From: Nostoc sp. | Lineage (GTDB): Bacteria > Cyanobacteriota > Cyanobacteriia > Cyanobacteriales > Nostocaceae | NCBI GenBank assembly: GCA_036918135.1 | Contig: JBALDB010000005.1 | Span: 1 to 64,000 of the forward strand | DNA: 64,000 nt | Direction of reading: 5' to 3' | Shown here: piece by piece, positions 40,611-51,256 of the stretch | Position numbering within the stretch: the stretch's first letter is position 1 | Layout of the letters: each line of letters opens with the position of its first letter | Notes under the pieces: model-generated | The model's input: the letters and a program-made list of their open reading frames with translations, nothing else | Told to the model about the DNA's origin: nothing | The model's database searches: none | Position numbers and translations under genes: made by a program

Positions 40611-42446
40611 CTACCATTGAGGTGCTGCCTCAAGTAACTTTAGAACCAATTTTTCTTCTATAGGTTTAGAAAACAGATATCCTTGAGCAAAATCACAGTT
40701 TAAATTTCTCAATTTGGCTAACTGTTCTTGTGTTTCGACACCTTCAGCGATCGCGCTCATTCCCATTGAGTTAGCAATACCAATCATTGCTGGAACTAAC
40801 CCCATATTTTCTTCGTTTTCCTGCATACGTTTAACAAATGATTTATCAATTTTAAGTGCATTTAAAGGAAAGCTGTGGAGATAACTTAAAGAGGAATATC
40901 CTGTACCAAAATCATCCATAATCAATTTTATCTTCCGCTGTTTTAGTTGTTCAAGTATTATTTTGATTGCATTAGTATTTTCCATGATTACACTTTCTGT
41001 AATTTCTAATTGTAAATATTCTGGATTTATTTGATTTTCATAAATTATTCGATCTATTTGATCTACCAAATTTGGCTGGGAAAATAATCTAGCACTCAAA
41101 TTTACACTAATAGTTAAGGATTTTGGTGTTATTGGATGATGTTGCCACACGCTTAGTTGATGGCAAGCTGACTGTAATACCCAAGTATTAATCGCACTAA
41201 TCAAACCTGTTTCTTCTGCTACAGGAATAAATTCTATAGGAGAAACCAAACCGCGAATCGGATGCTGCCAGCGTACTAAGGCTTCAAATCCAGAAATTCT
41301 TCCTGTAGTTAGGCTAATAATTGGCTGATAGTAAACGAGGAATTCTTGCCTTTCTACAGCCCTTCGCAAGTCATTTTCTAGCTCTAAAAGGTGAATAGCT
41401 TCCTGATGCATTGCTGGATCGAAAACGTGATATTTTGCTCTTCCTTGAGCCTTGGCACGATACATTGCCGTATCAGCATCCCGCAGTAAATACTCTGGGC
41501 GATCGTAATCTTTGTTGCCCCAACTAATACCAATACTGGCATTCATAAATACTTCATATCTTGACAGTTTAAAAGCAAGTGATAGCTGTTGCAGAATACG
41601 CTCGGCAACTTGAATTGCTATATTGATATCTGTAAGATTTTCTAGAAGAATACCAAATTCGTCACCGCCTAATCGTGCTAAAGTATCAATAGGTATTAGG
41701 CATGTTTGTAGGCGGCAAGCAATAGCAATCAGCAATTCATCTCCTACCAAATGACCAAGAGAATCATTGATCACTTTAAAGCGATCGCAATCTAAAAAAA
41801 GTACAGCGAACTGATAATTTGATTCTTCTTTAGCACGGTTTAGAGCATTTTTGAGTTGCCTGATAAACAAAGCTCGGTTTGGCAAACCAGTCAGCGAATC
41901 ATGGAGCGCTATATCTAGGATTTGACTTTGTAATTTCTGGCGGTAAATAATTTCTTCGTGGAGTTTTTGGAGAGCATTTTCTAGCTCCCAAGTACGTTGT
42001 TTTACCCGATGCTCAAGTTCGACATTTAGTTTCAATATTTCTAATCGTGCCGCTCTCAATGCCAGTTGATTTTGCACGCGCACTAAAACTTCTTGAAATT
42101 CAAAAGGTTTAGTAATATAGTCTACACCACCAACCTTAAAGGCTTTAACTTTGTCAAAAACATCATCCAACGCGCTAATAAAAATTACTGGAATATCGGC
42201 TGTTAGCTCCCAAGCCTTAAAGGTTTGACAAATTTCATAGCCATCTACTTCTGGCATCATAATATCGAGCAAAATTAGATCGGGTAATACTGTTTGAGTT
42301 GCTGTGAGTGCCATTTGCCAGTTCAAGGCTTTACGAACGTTGTACCCTTCCTTTGTCAATATCGAAGATAAAACCCGCAGGTTATCTGCCATATCGTCAA
42401 CGATCAAAATATCTTTTTTATAAGGGTCTAAATGCTCGTAATTCAT
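40611..42446 (-). CDS. REC-GGDEF-EAL diguanylate cyclase/phosphodiesterase response regulator
   Basis: LLDIMMP; ARLGGDEF; FEALVRW; DDFGTGYSSL; AEGVET. Confidence 0.95.
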   Translation of the reverse strand: MNYEHLDPYKKDILIVDDMADNLRVLSSILTKEGYNVRKALNWQMALTATQTVLPDLILLDIMMPEVDGYEICQTFKAWELTADIPVIFISALDDVFDKVKAFKVGGVDYITKPFEFQEVLVRVQNQLALRAARLEILKLNVELEHRVKQRTWELENALQKLHEEIIYRQKLQSQILDIALHDSLTGLPNRALFIRQLKNALNRAKEESNYQFAVLFLDCDRFKVINDSLGHLVGDELLIAIACRLQTCLIPIDTLARLGGDEFGILLENLTDINIAIQVAERILQQLSLAFKLSRYEVFMNASIGISWGNKDYDRPEYLLRDADTAMYRAKAQGRAKYHVFDPAMHQEAIHLLELENDLRRAVERQEFLVYYQPIISLTTGRISGFEALVRWQHPIRGLVSPIEFIPVAEETGLISAINTWVLQSACHQLSVWQHHPITPKSLTISVNLSARLFSQPNLVDQIDRIIYENQINPEYLQLEITESVIMENTNAIKIILEQLKQRKIKLIMDDFGTGYSSLSYLHSFPLNALKIDKSFVKRMQENEENMGLVPAMIGIANSMGMSAIAEGVETQEQLAKLRNLNCDFAQGYLFSKPIEEKLVLKLLEAAPQW

Positions 42447-45400
42447 TCTATGTTTGTTCTAGTCAATTCCATGATTTTTTCAAACTGATAGTTATTTGCT
42501 AAATCCCTGAAAACTTGGAAAACTTGACTCTTATCTAATGGAATTTGCTTGAGTAACTGAAAAATCAGGTCATCACTACAGCTGGCTGCCGCATAGTGTA
42601 TCTGTTGGAGCCAATCAGGCGACATCTGTGACAAATGGCTCAGGAGTTCAGCAACACTGCTATACATTTGTGTAGGTTGATCGACAACTACTGTGTTTAT
42701 GGTTTGTATTTGGCTGGTATACTTTACGCCCAAATGTTCGCTCAGTTTTTCTAATAATACTTCCTGGGTGAATGGCTTACGAATAAAATCATCACATCCA
42801 ATAGACAAAGTTCTCTGGCGTTCTTCTTCAAAGGCGCTAGCAGTCAGAGCAATAATAATGGTGCGTTTATCAGAGCAGCCTTCGGTTTTTCTAGGGAAGT
42901 CACAACGTGGAGCTAAGGCTGTTAAGAACTTTGGATTGCAAAAAGAGGGATTCGCCGTTGCATACGACTGACTGCCACTCAAGTGACTAGTAATTAGTGT
43001 TGGACTGTGCGAGCTGGCCTGGCTTGACAAAGGTTCTTTCCCATGCACCATAGCCCATTCTCCATGCCCCAATTCTTGAGATTTAATGATTCTTGTGGCT
43101 TCGTAGCCGTTCATAATTGGCATTCGCATATCCATAAAAATCAAATCTGGTTGCCAAGATTGCCAACTGGCAACTGCTTGCATACCATCTGTGGCTTCCC
43201 TAACTTCAAAACCCATAGATGTGAGAATTTTTACTAACAACAGACGGCTTTCTTTGGAGTCGTCAACCACTAAAATGCGGTATGCTTTTTCTGTAGCAGT
43301 TAAAGCAAGATTTTGATATTTATTTTGGTTAATCGGCATTACTCTGGGACAAGCCAGAGCAATTTGAACATTAAAAGTAAATGTACTACCTATACCAGGA
43401 GTACTGCTAACAGTAATATTTCCCCCCATCAGTTGCACGTATTTGCGGCTAATGGTCAAGCCTAGTCCTGTGCCTTGTTGGGATTTTCTACCGATTTCGG
43501 TTTGCTCAAAAGCCTCAAACAGCAAATCAATTTCTTCTGGATTAATACCACAACCAGTGTCTTGTACCTCAAAGATGAGGGATTGGGAATTAGGAAACTC
43601 GGGGCTGTCTGTGTGGATAAGGGATAATGGGAATTGGGTGGATGAAGAAGACGCGGTGAAAGAATTCTCTGTGTCAGAGTATCCCTGCGTCCCCAGTCCC
43701 CATGCTCCTAATCCCCACGGAGTGGGGGCCCCAAGTTCCCCACTCTCCAGTCTCACCCGCAGCGTCACCCTGCCAAAGTCAGTAAATTTGATAGCGTTTC
43801 CTAAGAGGTTGAGCAAGACTTGAAACAGTTTATTTTCGTCTGTTTCTACGTATTGAGGAAGGTCTGGCGGATATTCAAATACTAATTCTAAGTTTTTCAA
43901 TGCGGCACGTAAGTGCAACATTTCTTCTAAGTTCTTCAGCAGATGAATTAAGTCAAAGCTGCTCAGGTTTAATTTGACTCTACCAGCTTCAATTTTGGAC
44001 ATTTCTAGAATGTCATTAATTAAATTCAGTAGATGTTCGCCAGCACGATTAATAATCGCCAAGTTTTCCTGATGTTCGTTGGATAATGAATAATCTCGGC
44101 TCATGATTTGTGTAAAACCGAGAATGGCGTTAAGTGGGGTACGCAATTCGTGGCTCATGTTAGCGAGGAATTCACTTTTGGCAAGGTTGGCGGCGGCGCT
44201 TCGTGCTGCTTCGCGAACGGCTGCTTGTTTTTCCTGGGCGACGATTTTTTGGGATTCAATCAGCTCTTCTTGGGTGATTTGCAATTGCTCTATAACTTGC
44301 TGAAACTCGTCAGTTCGTTTTTTGACTTGAGCCTCTAAGATTAAATTGTATTCTGCTAATAACTTTTCTGCTTGTTTGCGTTGGCCGATCTCAAAAAATG
44401 TGGCGATCGCAAAAGCCAAATTCCCCGACTCATCATAAATTGGCTTTCCCAAAACTTCAATGGGAATAATCTTGTCACAACGGCGAATTTCCATGTCATC
44501 AATTCTGAGCTTTTCTCCTTGTAATGCTCTTAAAATTGGTAAGCGATCGCTAGGATAAAGTTGATTTGTGCCGCCAAGATAAGCTTGATATACTTCTGAC
44601 AATTTTTCAGGGGTAACTTCTGCTATTGTCCCTTGACCAAGAATTTCCTGACAAATTTCATTTGTATAATAAGGGTTACCTTGAGCATCTATAATAAATA
44701 CACCGACTGGCATGGCTTCTAAAAATTGAGTCAGCCGACTTTGACTTTCAGATAGTGCCTGATTTAAAACTTGCATCTCGGCATTCTTCGCTTCTAAGAC
44801 ATTAAAAGATGCTTTGAGTTGCTTGGCCATAGTTTCAAATGACTTGGCTAGTTCCCCTAGTTCATCAGAGCGATTAATTTTTGGTGTTTGCTCCCATTCA
44901 CCTTCAGCAATTTTCTTGGCTGATGTGTTTAATTGCAGAATCGGCTTAATTACCCAGCGAGCAGTCAAAATCCCAATTTCTGTAGTTACTAAAAAAGCAA
45001 TTATGCACAGGATAATGGTGGTATGGGTATTGACGTTAATTTGCTCCATAAATTCGCCTTGAGGGATTACTACTACGATTAGCCAATCCAAACCCAAGTC
45101 GTCCTGCCAATTTTTTACCTGCACAAAATAATCTATTCCATCGACTGTAAAATTTAGCTGTTTTTTTCCTGCGATCAGCCCAATACTACCAAAGTGCTTA
45201 ATTAAATATTGTGTTGTAAGTTTAATTAAGGAGTCATGACTATCTAATCCCGATACGCGTTTTGGTTGACCATTAATAATACTATATGGTGACTCACTCG
45301 AAGAAGCCACTATTAATCCTGAACGCTCTAATATAAATGTTTCACCTGAGTGTCCGCTTTTTAATTTCGATAAAAAATTTCCGATTTGTGATAATATCAA

Positions 45401-46087
45401 ATCAACACCAATTACTCCAGCTAGTCTGTGATTTTTATCGTAAACAGGATAGCTGGAAGATATGGATAAAATTTCTGGTTTATCTTCCCATTGATAAATT
45501 TGACTCCAAACTGGTTTACCTACCTTGACTGCATCTGTGTACCACGCTTCTTGGCGAGGGTCAAAATTTTTGACTGACTCCAAATGATGACGATTTCCTT
45601 TGTTGTCTGTAGTGTAAACATAAAGTTTGCCTGCACCATGCTTTTCGGTAACTTCATTAATTAAGAGCTTGCCATTATCTAAGCGTTCAACACCAATAAA
45701 TTCACCTTTGGAATTGGCAAAGTTATTGTAGCCAATATTGAAAACCTGCATTTGTTTCCAAAAGTAATTTCCGGTAATTTGAAAGTTAGAAAGTTTGAGC
45801 AAATTTAGCTCAATTGCATCTAAATTAATTTGATTGATTTGCTTCGGAGTTGTTAAATAGCGATCGAGATGCTGTTCAATGCGATCGCAAATTTCATTTT
45901 GTAATTGAGTAGCAAGCTCTTTTACCGCTTTTTGCCCATTTTCATAGGAAAGATAACCCACAAGTCCTACTGCCCCACAAATTTGCAATATAAAGGGCAC
46001 AATCAGAATATACCTCAGGGGCATCTTGGCATACACTTTGCCAACTAAGCTATTGACAGATTTGACAGGCTGAAGTTTGGATAACAT
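42443..46087 (-). CDS. Hybrid sensor kinase (Cache-HAMP-PAS-HisKA-HATPase-REC)
   Basis: FDPRQEAWY (Cache), DELGELAKSF (HAMP), FLANMSHELRTPL, GTGLGL, IFMDMRMP. Confidence 0.93.
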   Translation of the reverse strand: MLSKLQPVKSVNSLVGKVYAKMPLRYILIVPFILQICGAVGLVGYLSYENGQKAVKELATQLQNEICDRIEQHLDRYLTTPKQINQINLDAIELNLLKLSNFQITGNYFWKQMQVFNIGYNNFANSKGEFIGVERLDNGKLLINEVTEKHGAGKLYVYTTDNKGNRHHLESVKNFDPRQEAWYTDAVKVGKPVWSQIYQWEDKPEILSISSSYPVYDKNHRLAGVIGVDLILSQIGNFLSKLKSGHSGETFILERSGLIVASSSESPYSIINGQPKRVSGLDSHDSLIKLTTQYLIKHFGSIGLIAGKKQLNFTVDGIDYFVQVKNWQDDLGLDWLIVVVIPQGEFMEQINVNTHTTIILCIIAFLVTTEIGILTARWVIKPILQLNTSAKKIAEGEWEQTPKINRSDELGELAKSFETMAKQLKASFNVLEAKNAEMQVLNQALSESQSRLTQFLEAMPVGVFIIDAQGNPYYTNEICQEILGQGTIAEVTPEKLSEVYQAYLGGTNQLYPSDRLPILRALQGEKLRIDDMEIRRCDKIIPIEVLGKPIYDESGNLAFAIATFFEIGQRKQAEKLLAEYNLILEAQVKKRTDEFQQVIEQLQITQEELIESQKIVAQEKQAAVREAARSAAANLAKSEFLANMSHELRTPLNAILGFTQIMSRDYSLSNEHQENLAIINRAGEHLLNLINDILEMSKIEAGRVKLNLSSFDLIHLLKNLEEMLHLRAALKNLELVFEYPPDLPQYVETDENKLFQVLLNLLGNAIKFTDFGRVTLRVRLESGELGAPTPWGLGAWGLGTQGYSDTENSFTASSSSTQFPLSLIHTDSPEFPNSQSLIFEVQDTGCGINPEEIDLLFEAFEQTEIGRKSQQGTGLGLTISRKYVQLMGGNITVSSTPGIGSTFTFNVQIALACPRVMPINQNKYQNLALTATEKAYRILVVDDSKESRLLLVKILTSMGFEVREATDGMQAVASWQSWQPDLIFMDMRMPIMNGYEATRIIKSQELGHGEWAMVHGKEPLSSQASSHSPTLITSHLSGSQSYATANPSFCNPKFLTALAPRCDFPRKTEGCSDKRTIIIALTASAFEEERQRTLSIGCDDFIRKPFTQEVLLEKLSEHLGVKYTSQIQTINTVVVDQPTQMYSSVAELLSHLSQMSPDWLQQIHYAAASCSDDLIFQLLKQIPLDKSQVFQVFRDLANNYQFEKIMELTRTNIE

Positions 46088-46709
46088 TGTTTTTTGATTC
46101 TTCCCTAGAGTTTACCAGGGGTATTTTCGCCACATTAGTTACATCAAATTTCAGGATAACTACGGCGTACCATCGTTTTAGCTATAACATATTTTATTTA
46201 ATATAGTATAAAAACACACTAGCATTAAATTTATATACTTTTTTGACTGGCTGAGTTCCTCCAACATCTAAATTTTCAGAGTTAATGATTACACCTTAAT
46301 TTGCTCTGTTCTATCCGGCAATATCTCAGCAGATTTTATAGGCTCTACATAAATTTACCAGAACAGCTACAGTATGCCATTCTAAAATTCAGGTTGCCAT
46401 TAGCACCTATTAAAACCTTTAGGTTTGTGCAAAAATAATTTTTAAATTTTCATAAAAGTACACAGTAAAAATCAAAAAAATTTATTTCATATTTAATATT
46501 TTTATGAGATATTAATCTTTATATAGAAATATCTTGTAAAACTATTTGAGACTCTTGTAGGGCAATAAAAACAGCCGTTATTCTTAGCATTTGATGCTTC
46601 AGGATAAAATTTAGCCTTCTAGCCTTAATTTTAAAGCCAAGTCCTAATGCTTAATTAAAAGTTCAGCGTCACAGGTACTAAAGAACCAATTCCAATTCTT
46701 TTTTATTTT

Positions 46710-47294
46710 TTATGGATACAGTGGTGATTTATTAATTCCCCCAATGTGGTAGAGAGGCCAGAAGCGAAATACAGCACAACCGATAATATTCTGGCGGGGG
46801 ACAACACCCCAACAGCGACTATCGTAGCTACTGTTACGGTTGTCACCTAGTACTAAATATGAGTCTGCTGGTATAGTTTGAGGTTTTACCAAAAAAGGTG
46901 GTTGCGACCCTGATAAGCAAACATCAATTAATGTACTCTGGGGAAAGCTAAGGTAATTTTTTTCTGAGAGAGGTTTGTTGCCAATATAAACTTTGCCATC
47001 CTTGAGTTGTACTTTTTCTCCAGGTAAGCCGATTACACGTTTAATAAAAGCATCCTGGTATTGTTCTTTTTGTAACTCTTCTGTGGGCGAAAAAACCACA
47101 ATATCTCCGCGTTGTGGCTGAAAAAATTTATACTTCAACTTATCAACGATGATTTTGTCTGCCTCCCACTGGTTTGACGTACCATGCAGAGTCGGTTCCA
47201 TAGCACCAGAAGGAATCCAGCGTCTTTCAGTAAAAATTAGGATATACGCCGCAAAAGTTAGTAAGACTAGTATTACACTACCCTCTACAATCAT
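46710..47294 (-). CDS. lepB: Signal peptidase I paralogue with the catalytic Ser replaced by Ala
   Basis: IPSGAMEPTL, FIKRVIGLPG, GDNRNSSYDSR; close duplicate of the upstream gene. Confidence 0.8.
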   Translation of the reverse strand: MIVEGSVILVLLTFAAYILIFTERRWIPSGAMEPTLHGTSNQWEADKIIVDKLKYKFFQPQRGDIVVFSPTEELQKEQYQDAFIKRVIGLPGEKVQLKDGKVYIGNKPLSEKNYLSFPQSTLIDVCLSGSQPPFLVKPQTIPADSYLVLGDNRNSSYDSRCWGVVPRQNIIGCAVFRFWPLYHIGGINKSPLYP

Positions 47295-47394
47295 CTTACA
47301 GTTGATACTGAGTATACTAGTCAGTTGTCCTTTGTCCTTTGTCATTTATTTAGGTCGATGACTAATGACCAACGAGCAATGACCAATAACGTGT

Positions 47395-48045
47395 TTACGG
47401 AGTTTGTGGATAGAGTGGTGTTTTATCAATTCCTCCTACGTGATTGAGAGGCCAGAAGCGAAATACAGCACGACCAATAATATTTTGGCGGGGAACGACA
47501 CCCCAACAGCGGCTATCATAGCTACTGTTACGATTATCACCTAGTACTAAATATGAGTCTACTGGTATAGTTTGAGGTTTTGCCAAAAAGCGCGGTTGCG
47601 GAGCATCTTTACAAACATCAATAACTGTAGTCTGCCCTGAGCTAAGATAATTTTGTTCTGACAGGGGTTTGTTATTAATATAGACCTTGCCATCCTTGAG
47701 TTGTACTTTTTCTCCAGGTAAGCCGATTACACGTTTAATAAAAGCATCCTGATATTGTTCTTTTTGTAGCTCTTGGGTAGGTGAAAACACTACAATATCT
47801 CCCCGCTGGGGATTTGAAAATTTATACTTCAACTTATCAACGATGATTTTGTCTGCCTCCCACTGGTTTGGTGTACCATGCAGAGTTGGTTCCATCGATC
47901 CAGAAGGAATCCAGCGTGCTTCAGCAACAAAGGTACGAATTCCCAGAGCTAAAACAATGCTTAAGACAATTGTTCTACCTAGCTCTGCGATCCAGGAATT
48001 ATCGGGTTGTTGACTAGAGTTATTATCAGACACTTGATTATGCAT
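47395..48045 (-). CDS. lepB: Signal peptidase I
   Basis: IPSGSMEPTL, FIKRVIGLPG, GDNRNSSYDSR. Confidence 0.95.
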   Translation of the reverse strand: MHNQVSDNNSSQQPDNSWIAELGRTIVLSIVLALGIRTFVAEARWIPSGSMEPTLHGTPNQWEADKIIVDKLKYKFSNPQRGDIVVFSPTQELQKEQYQDAFIKRVIGLPGEKVQLKDGKVYINNKPLSEQNYLSSGQTTVIDVCKDAPQPRFLAKPQTIPVDSYLVLGDNRNSSYDSRCWGVVPRQNIIGRAVFRFWPLNHVGGIDKTPLYPQTP

Positions 48046-48361
48046 GAAATTACTTAAATAAGAGAGAGGTAAGTAACTAACTAGACTAGGGAGATTTTAC
48101 CTGTTAATCTTAACGGAAAACTTATTTTAATTTCTTAGTTACATTGGGATTTTCACGAGGTTCTTCATAAATTAAAAATAAACTTTTTTTTAACGCTCCG
48201 CAAAAATTCCTCATTCAGAGCGCGACTAAGTTTAACCTAAAAGCATAGTTGTCTGTAATATATAAGCTGCTCTTAGTGAAAAAATATTCCACAAGTAGCC
48301 ATAATGCTTGCCAAGATTACATTTGCTGATTTTGAATTTTAAATTGGAATTGCTAAGCCCC

Positions 48362-49681
48362 ATGTCATCTCCACAAATTTTACTGATTCGCCAAGCTCGT
48401 ATTGTCCTACCCAATGGTGAACTGATGATTGGGGATGTGTTGACGCGCGATCGCCAAATAGTCGAAGTTGCGCCAGAAATCTCCCAAACGCCACTAGCCA
48501 CTGAAATTGACGCACAAGGGTTAACTTTGTTGCCAGGAGTTATCGATCCGCAGGTGCATTTCCGCGAACCAGGACTAGAACACAAAGAAGATTTGTTCAC
48601 TGCCAGTTGTGCCTGTGCCAAAGGAGGAGTCACTTCTTTTTTGGAAATGCCTAATACCCGCCCCCTAACAACAACACAGCAAGCTTTAGACGACAAATTA
48701 GAACGTGCCTCCAACAAGTGCTTGGTTAATTATGGCTTTTTTATTGGGGCAACAGCAGATAATCTACCAGATTTACTTCTAGCTCAGCCAACACCAGGCA
48801 TTAAAATTTTCATGGGGTCGATGCATGGTCAATTGCTGGTTGATAGGGAAACAGCACTGGAGAGTATATTTGCAAAAGGCTCGCGCTTGATTGCTGTTCA
48901 TGCTGAAGACCAAGCCAGAATCAACCAACGACGCCAAGAATTTGCTAATATTCACGATGTAGCCATTCATTCCCAAATTCAGGATAATCAAGCGGCTTTG
49001 TTGGCAACTCAACTGGCATTAAAACTTTCTCAAAAATATCAACGCCGTCTACATATTTTGCATATGTCAACAGGCGAAGAAGCAGAGTTGCTGCGTCAGG
49101 ATAAACCGAGTTGGGTAACGGCAGAGGTAACGCCACAGCATTTGTTGTTGAACGCTAGCGCTTACGAACAAATTGGTACTTTAGCACAGATGAATCCACC
49201 ATTGCGATCGCCCCACGATAACGAAGTCCTCTGGCAAGCTTTGCGCGATGGTGTAATTGATTTTATTGCCACAGATCATGCACCCCACACCTTAGAGGAA
49301 AAAGCACAAGAATATCCCAATACTCCATCAGGAATGCCTGGGGTAGAAACTTCCCTAGCTTTGATGTTAACTGCGGCGATGCAGGGAAAATGTACTATTG
49401 CCCAAGTTGTGAATTGGATGTCCAAAGCTGTAGCTGTGGCTTATGGTATTCCTAATAAGGGAGCGATCGCTCCTGGTTATGATGCTGATTTAGTACTTGT
49501 AAATTTAAACACATACCATCCAGTCCAGCGCGAGGAACTGTTAACTAAGTGCGGTTGGAGTCCTTTTGAAGGCTGGAACCTTACTGGCTGGGCTGTAACC
49601 ACTATTGTCGGTGGTGAGATTGTTTATGACAAAGGGCAGGTAAATACTCAAGTGCGGGGTCAAGCTTTAACTTTTTTGTAG
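48362..49681 (+). CDS. pyrC: Dihydroorotase (multifunctional-complex type)
   Basis: LPGVIDPQVHFREPG, EMPNT, VHAED, EVTPQHL, MNPPLR, IATDHAPH. Confidence 0.9.
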   Translation: MSSPQILLIRQARIVLPNGELMIGDVLTRDRQIVEVAPEISQTPLATEIDAQGLTLLPGVIDPQVHFREPGLEHKEDLFTASCACAKGGVTSFLEMPNTRPLTTTQQALDDKLERASNKCLVNYGFFIGATADNLPDLLLAQPTPGIKIFMGSMHGQLLVDRETALESIFAKGSRLIAVHAEDQARINQRRQEFANIHDVAIHSQIQDNQAALLATQLALKLSQKYQRRLHILHMSTGEEAELLRQDKPSWVTAEVTPQHLLLNASAYEQIGTLAQMNPPLRSPHDNEVLWQALRDGVIDFIATDHAPHTLEEKAQEYPNTPSGMPGVETSLALMLTAAMQGKCTIAQVVNWMSKAVAVAYGIPNKGAIAPGYDADLVLVNLNTYHPVQREELLTKCGWSPFEGWNLTGWAVTTIVGGEIVYDKGQVNTQVRGQALTFL

Positions 49682-50077
49682 CAAATATTTATTTAAGCTT
49701 ACGTAACACATAAGTAATTAGACATCAAAGTCATACTTGGAACGGTAAGATTTTCATTTACCAAAGCCAACGTTAGTACTCCTGTGCATAATTCAAAATT
49801 AAAAAAGTTTATCAAGTAAGCTTTTTCAATTTTGAATGGTTTGTCTATTCACCCCTTTGTATACAACTAGACCTTATTTGCTCCGTTGACTTTTTCGATA
49901 AGTCAGAAAAGGCAAAGTCATAACAAATCTAGATGAAAGTGAAGCGGCTAAGGGTAAATATCCGTTGCTTTACTGTTTTAGCTTTGACTAATTCTCAGTT
50001 GTAAAACTGGTTTAATTACGAATTTAGAATTCACAATTTTTAATTAAGAACTACAAAATCAAGGATAATTATTATTT

Positions 50078-51256
50078 ATGTCCTTCAAGATTCTAAGTTT
50101 AGATGGTGGTGGTATTCGTGGAGTTATTGCAGCACGGATACTTCAACAAGTGGAACAAGAAATTAGAACTCAAGGTAAAGCAGAGTTTTTACACGAATAC
50201 TTTGACATGATTGCAGGCACTTCTACTGGTTCAATATTAACGGCAGGAATTGCTGTAGGCAAAGATAGTTATGAACTAATTAAACTTTATCGAGAGAGAG
50301 GTAAAGATATATTCCCCCAGAATAAAAAAGACCGCTATAAAAACTTACCATCTATTATCAAACCTATTTTTGATGTATTTTCTTCATCTAAATATTCTCA
50401 TGATGGTATAATTAACGTCCTTCAAAATGTATATAAAAGTAAAAAAATTAAAGATATTCAAAACCCGATTATTTTGATTCTTGCTTACGATACACTTTAT
50501 CGCAATACAACCTTTTTTACCAATTGTCACCCAGATATGGGAGATAGATGGTATGATGACTGTTATTTATGGGAGATATGCACCGCTTCTGCCTCCGCTC
50601 CTACTTTCTTTCCACCCTATAAATTAGAGTCTGTTGATAAAGAAAAATTTGGAGATTGGGTATTTCCACATATTGATGGGGGAGTTGGTGCCAATAATCC
50701 ATCTCTAGCAGCACTGAGTCTAGTTTTGAGAGTAAGTCAATCTGATTCAGTTTCTCAAACAATTAAGCAACAATACAAACTTGAGAATTTGCAGCTAGAA
50801 GATATATCTATGCTTTCTATTGGTACAGGTCAAACTGGTGAACCATATCAATACGAACAAGTAAAAAAATGGAGAGGCTTAGATTGGGCAGAACATCTAA
50901 CTGATATTTTTATGGAGCCTACATCTGAGATTGGTAGCACAATTTGCCGTCAAATTATGGGTGGATACAATTCTAAACGTTACTTGCGTCTTCAATTTGA
51001 TTTAAACGAGAGATTTCAAGCTAAGCCAAATGAGACTTATAAAGATAGTCGGATTTTATTACGACGAGAGGAACGAAAAAATCAGTTTACCCATGAAAAT
51101 ATCAATGAAGAAATAGATAATGCTCATCAAGAAATTATTGAGCAATTAATAGATACTACCTCTGCTTTCATTGATAAAGGTTGTAGTTACTATACGAGAG
51201 ATGGAAACGGGCCGCAAGTAAAAAAGGCGATCGCCTCTTTCATTAGAGATAACTAG
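50078..51256 (+). CDS. Patatin-like phospholipase
   Basis: DGGGIRG, GTSTG, ASASAPTFFP, DGGVGANNP. Confidence 0.92.
   Translation: MSFKILSLDGGGIRGVIAARILQQVEQEIRTQGKAEFLHEYFDMIAGTSTGSILTAGIAVGKDSYELIKLYRERGKDIFPQNKKDRYKNLPSIIKPIFDVFSSSKYSHDGIINVLQNVYKSKKIKDIQNPIILILAYDTLYRNTTFFTNCHPDMGDRWYDDCYLWEICTASASAPTFFPPYKLESVDKEKFGDWVFPHIDGGVGANNPSLAALSLVLRVSQSDSVSQTIKQQYKLENLQLEDISMLSIGTGQTGEPYQYEQVKKWRGLDWAEHLTDIFMEPTSEIGSTICRQIMGGYNSKRYLRLQFDLNERFQAKPNETYKDSRILLRREERKNQFTHENINEEIDNAHQEIIEQLIDTTSAFIDKGCSYYTRDGNGPQVKKAIASFIRDN

Noticed and set aside
50078..51256. CBASS effector (CapV-like patatin)
   Set aside because: No CD-NTase or other CBASS gene is adjacent; the flanks are pyrC and tsaE
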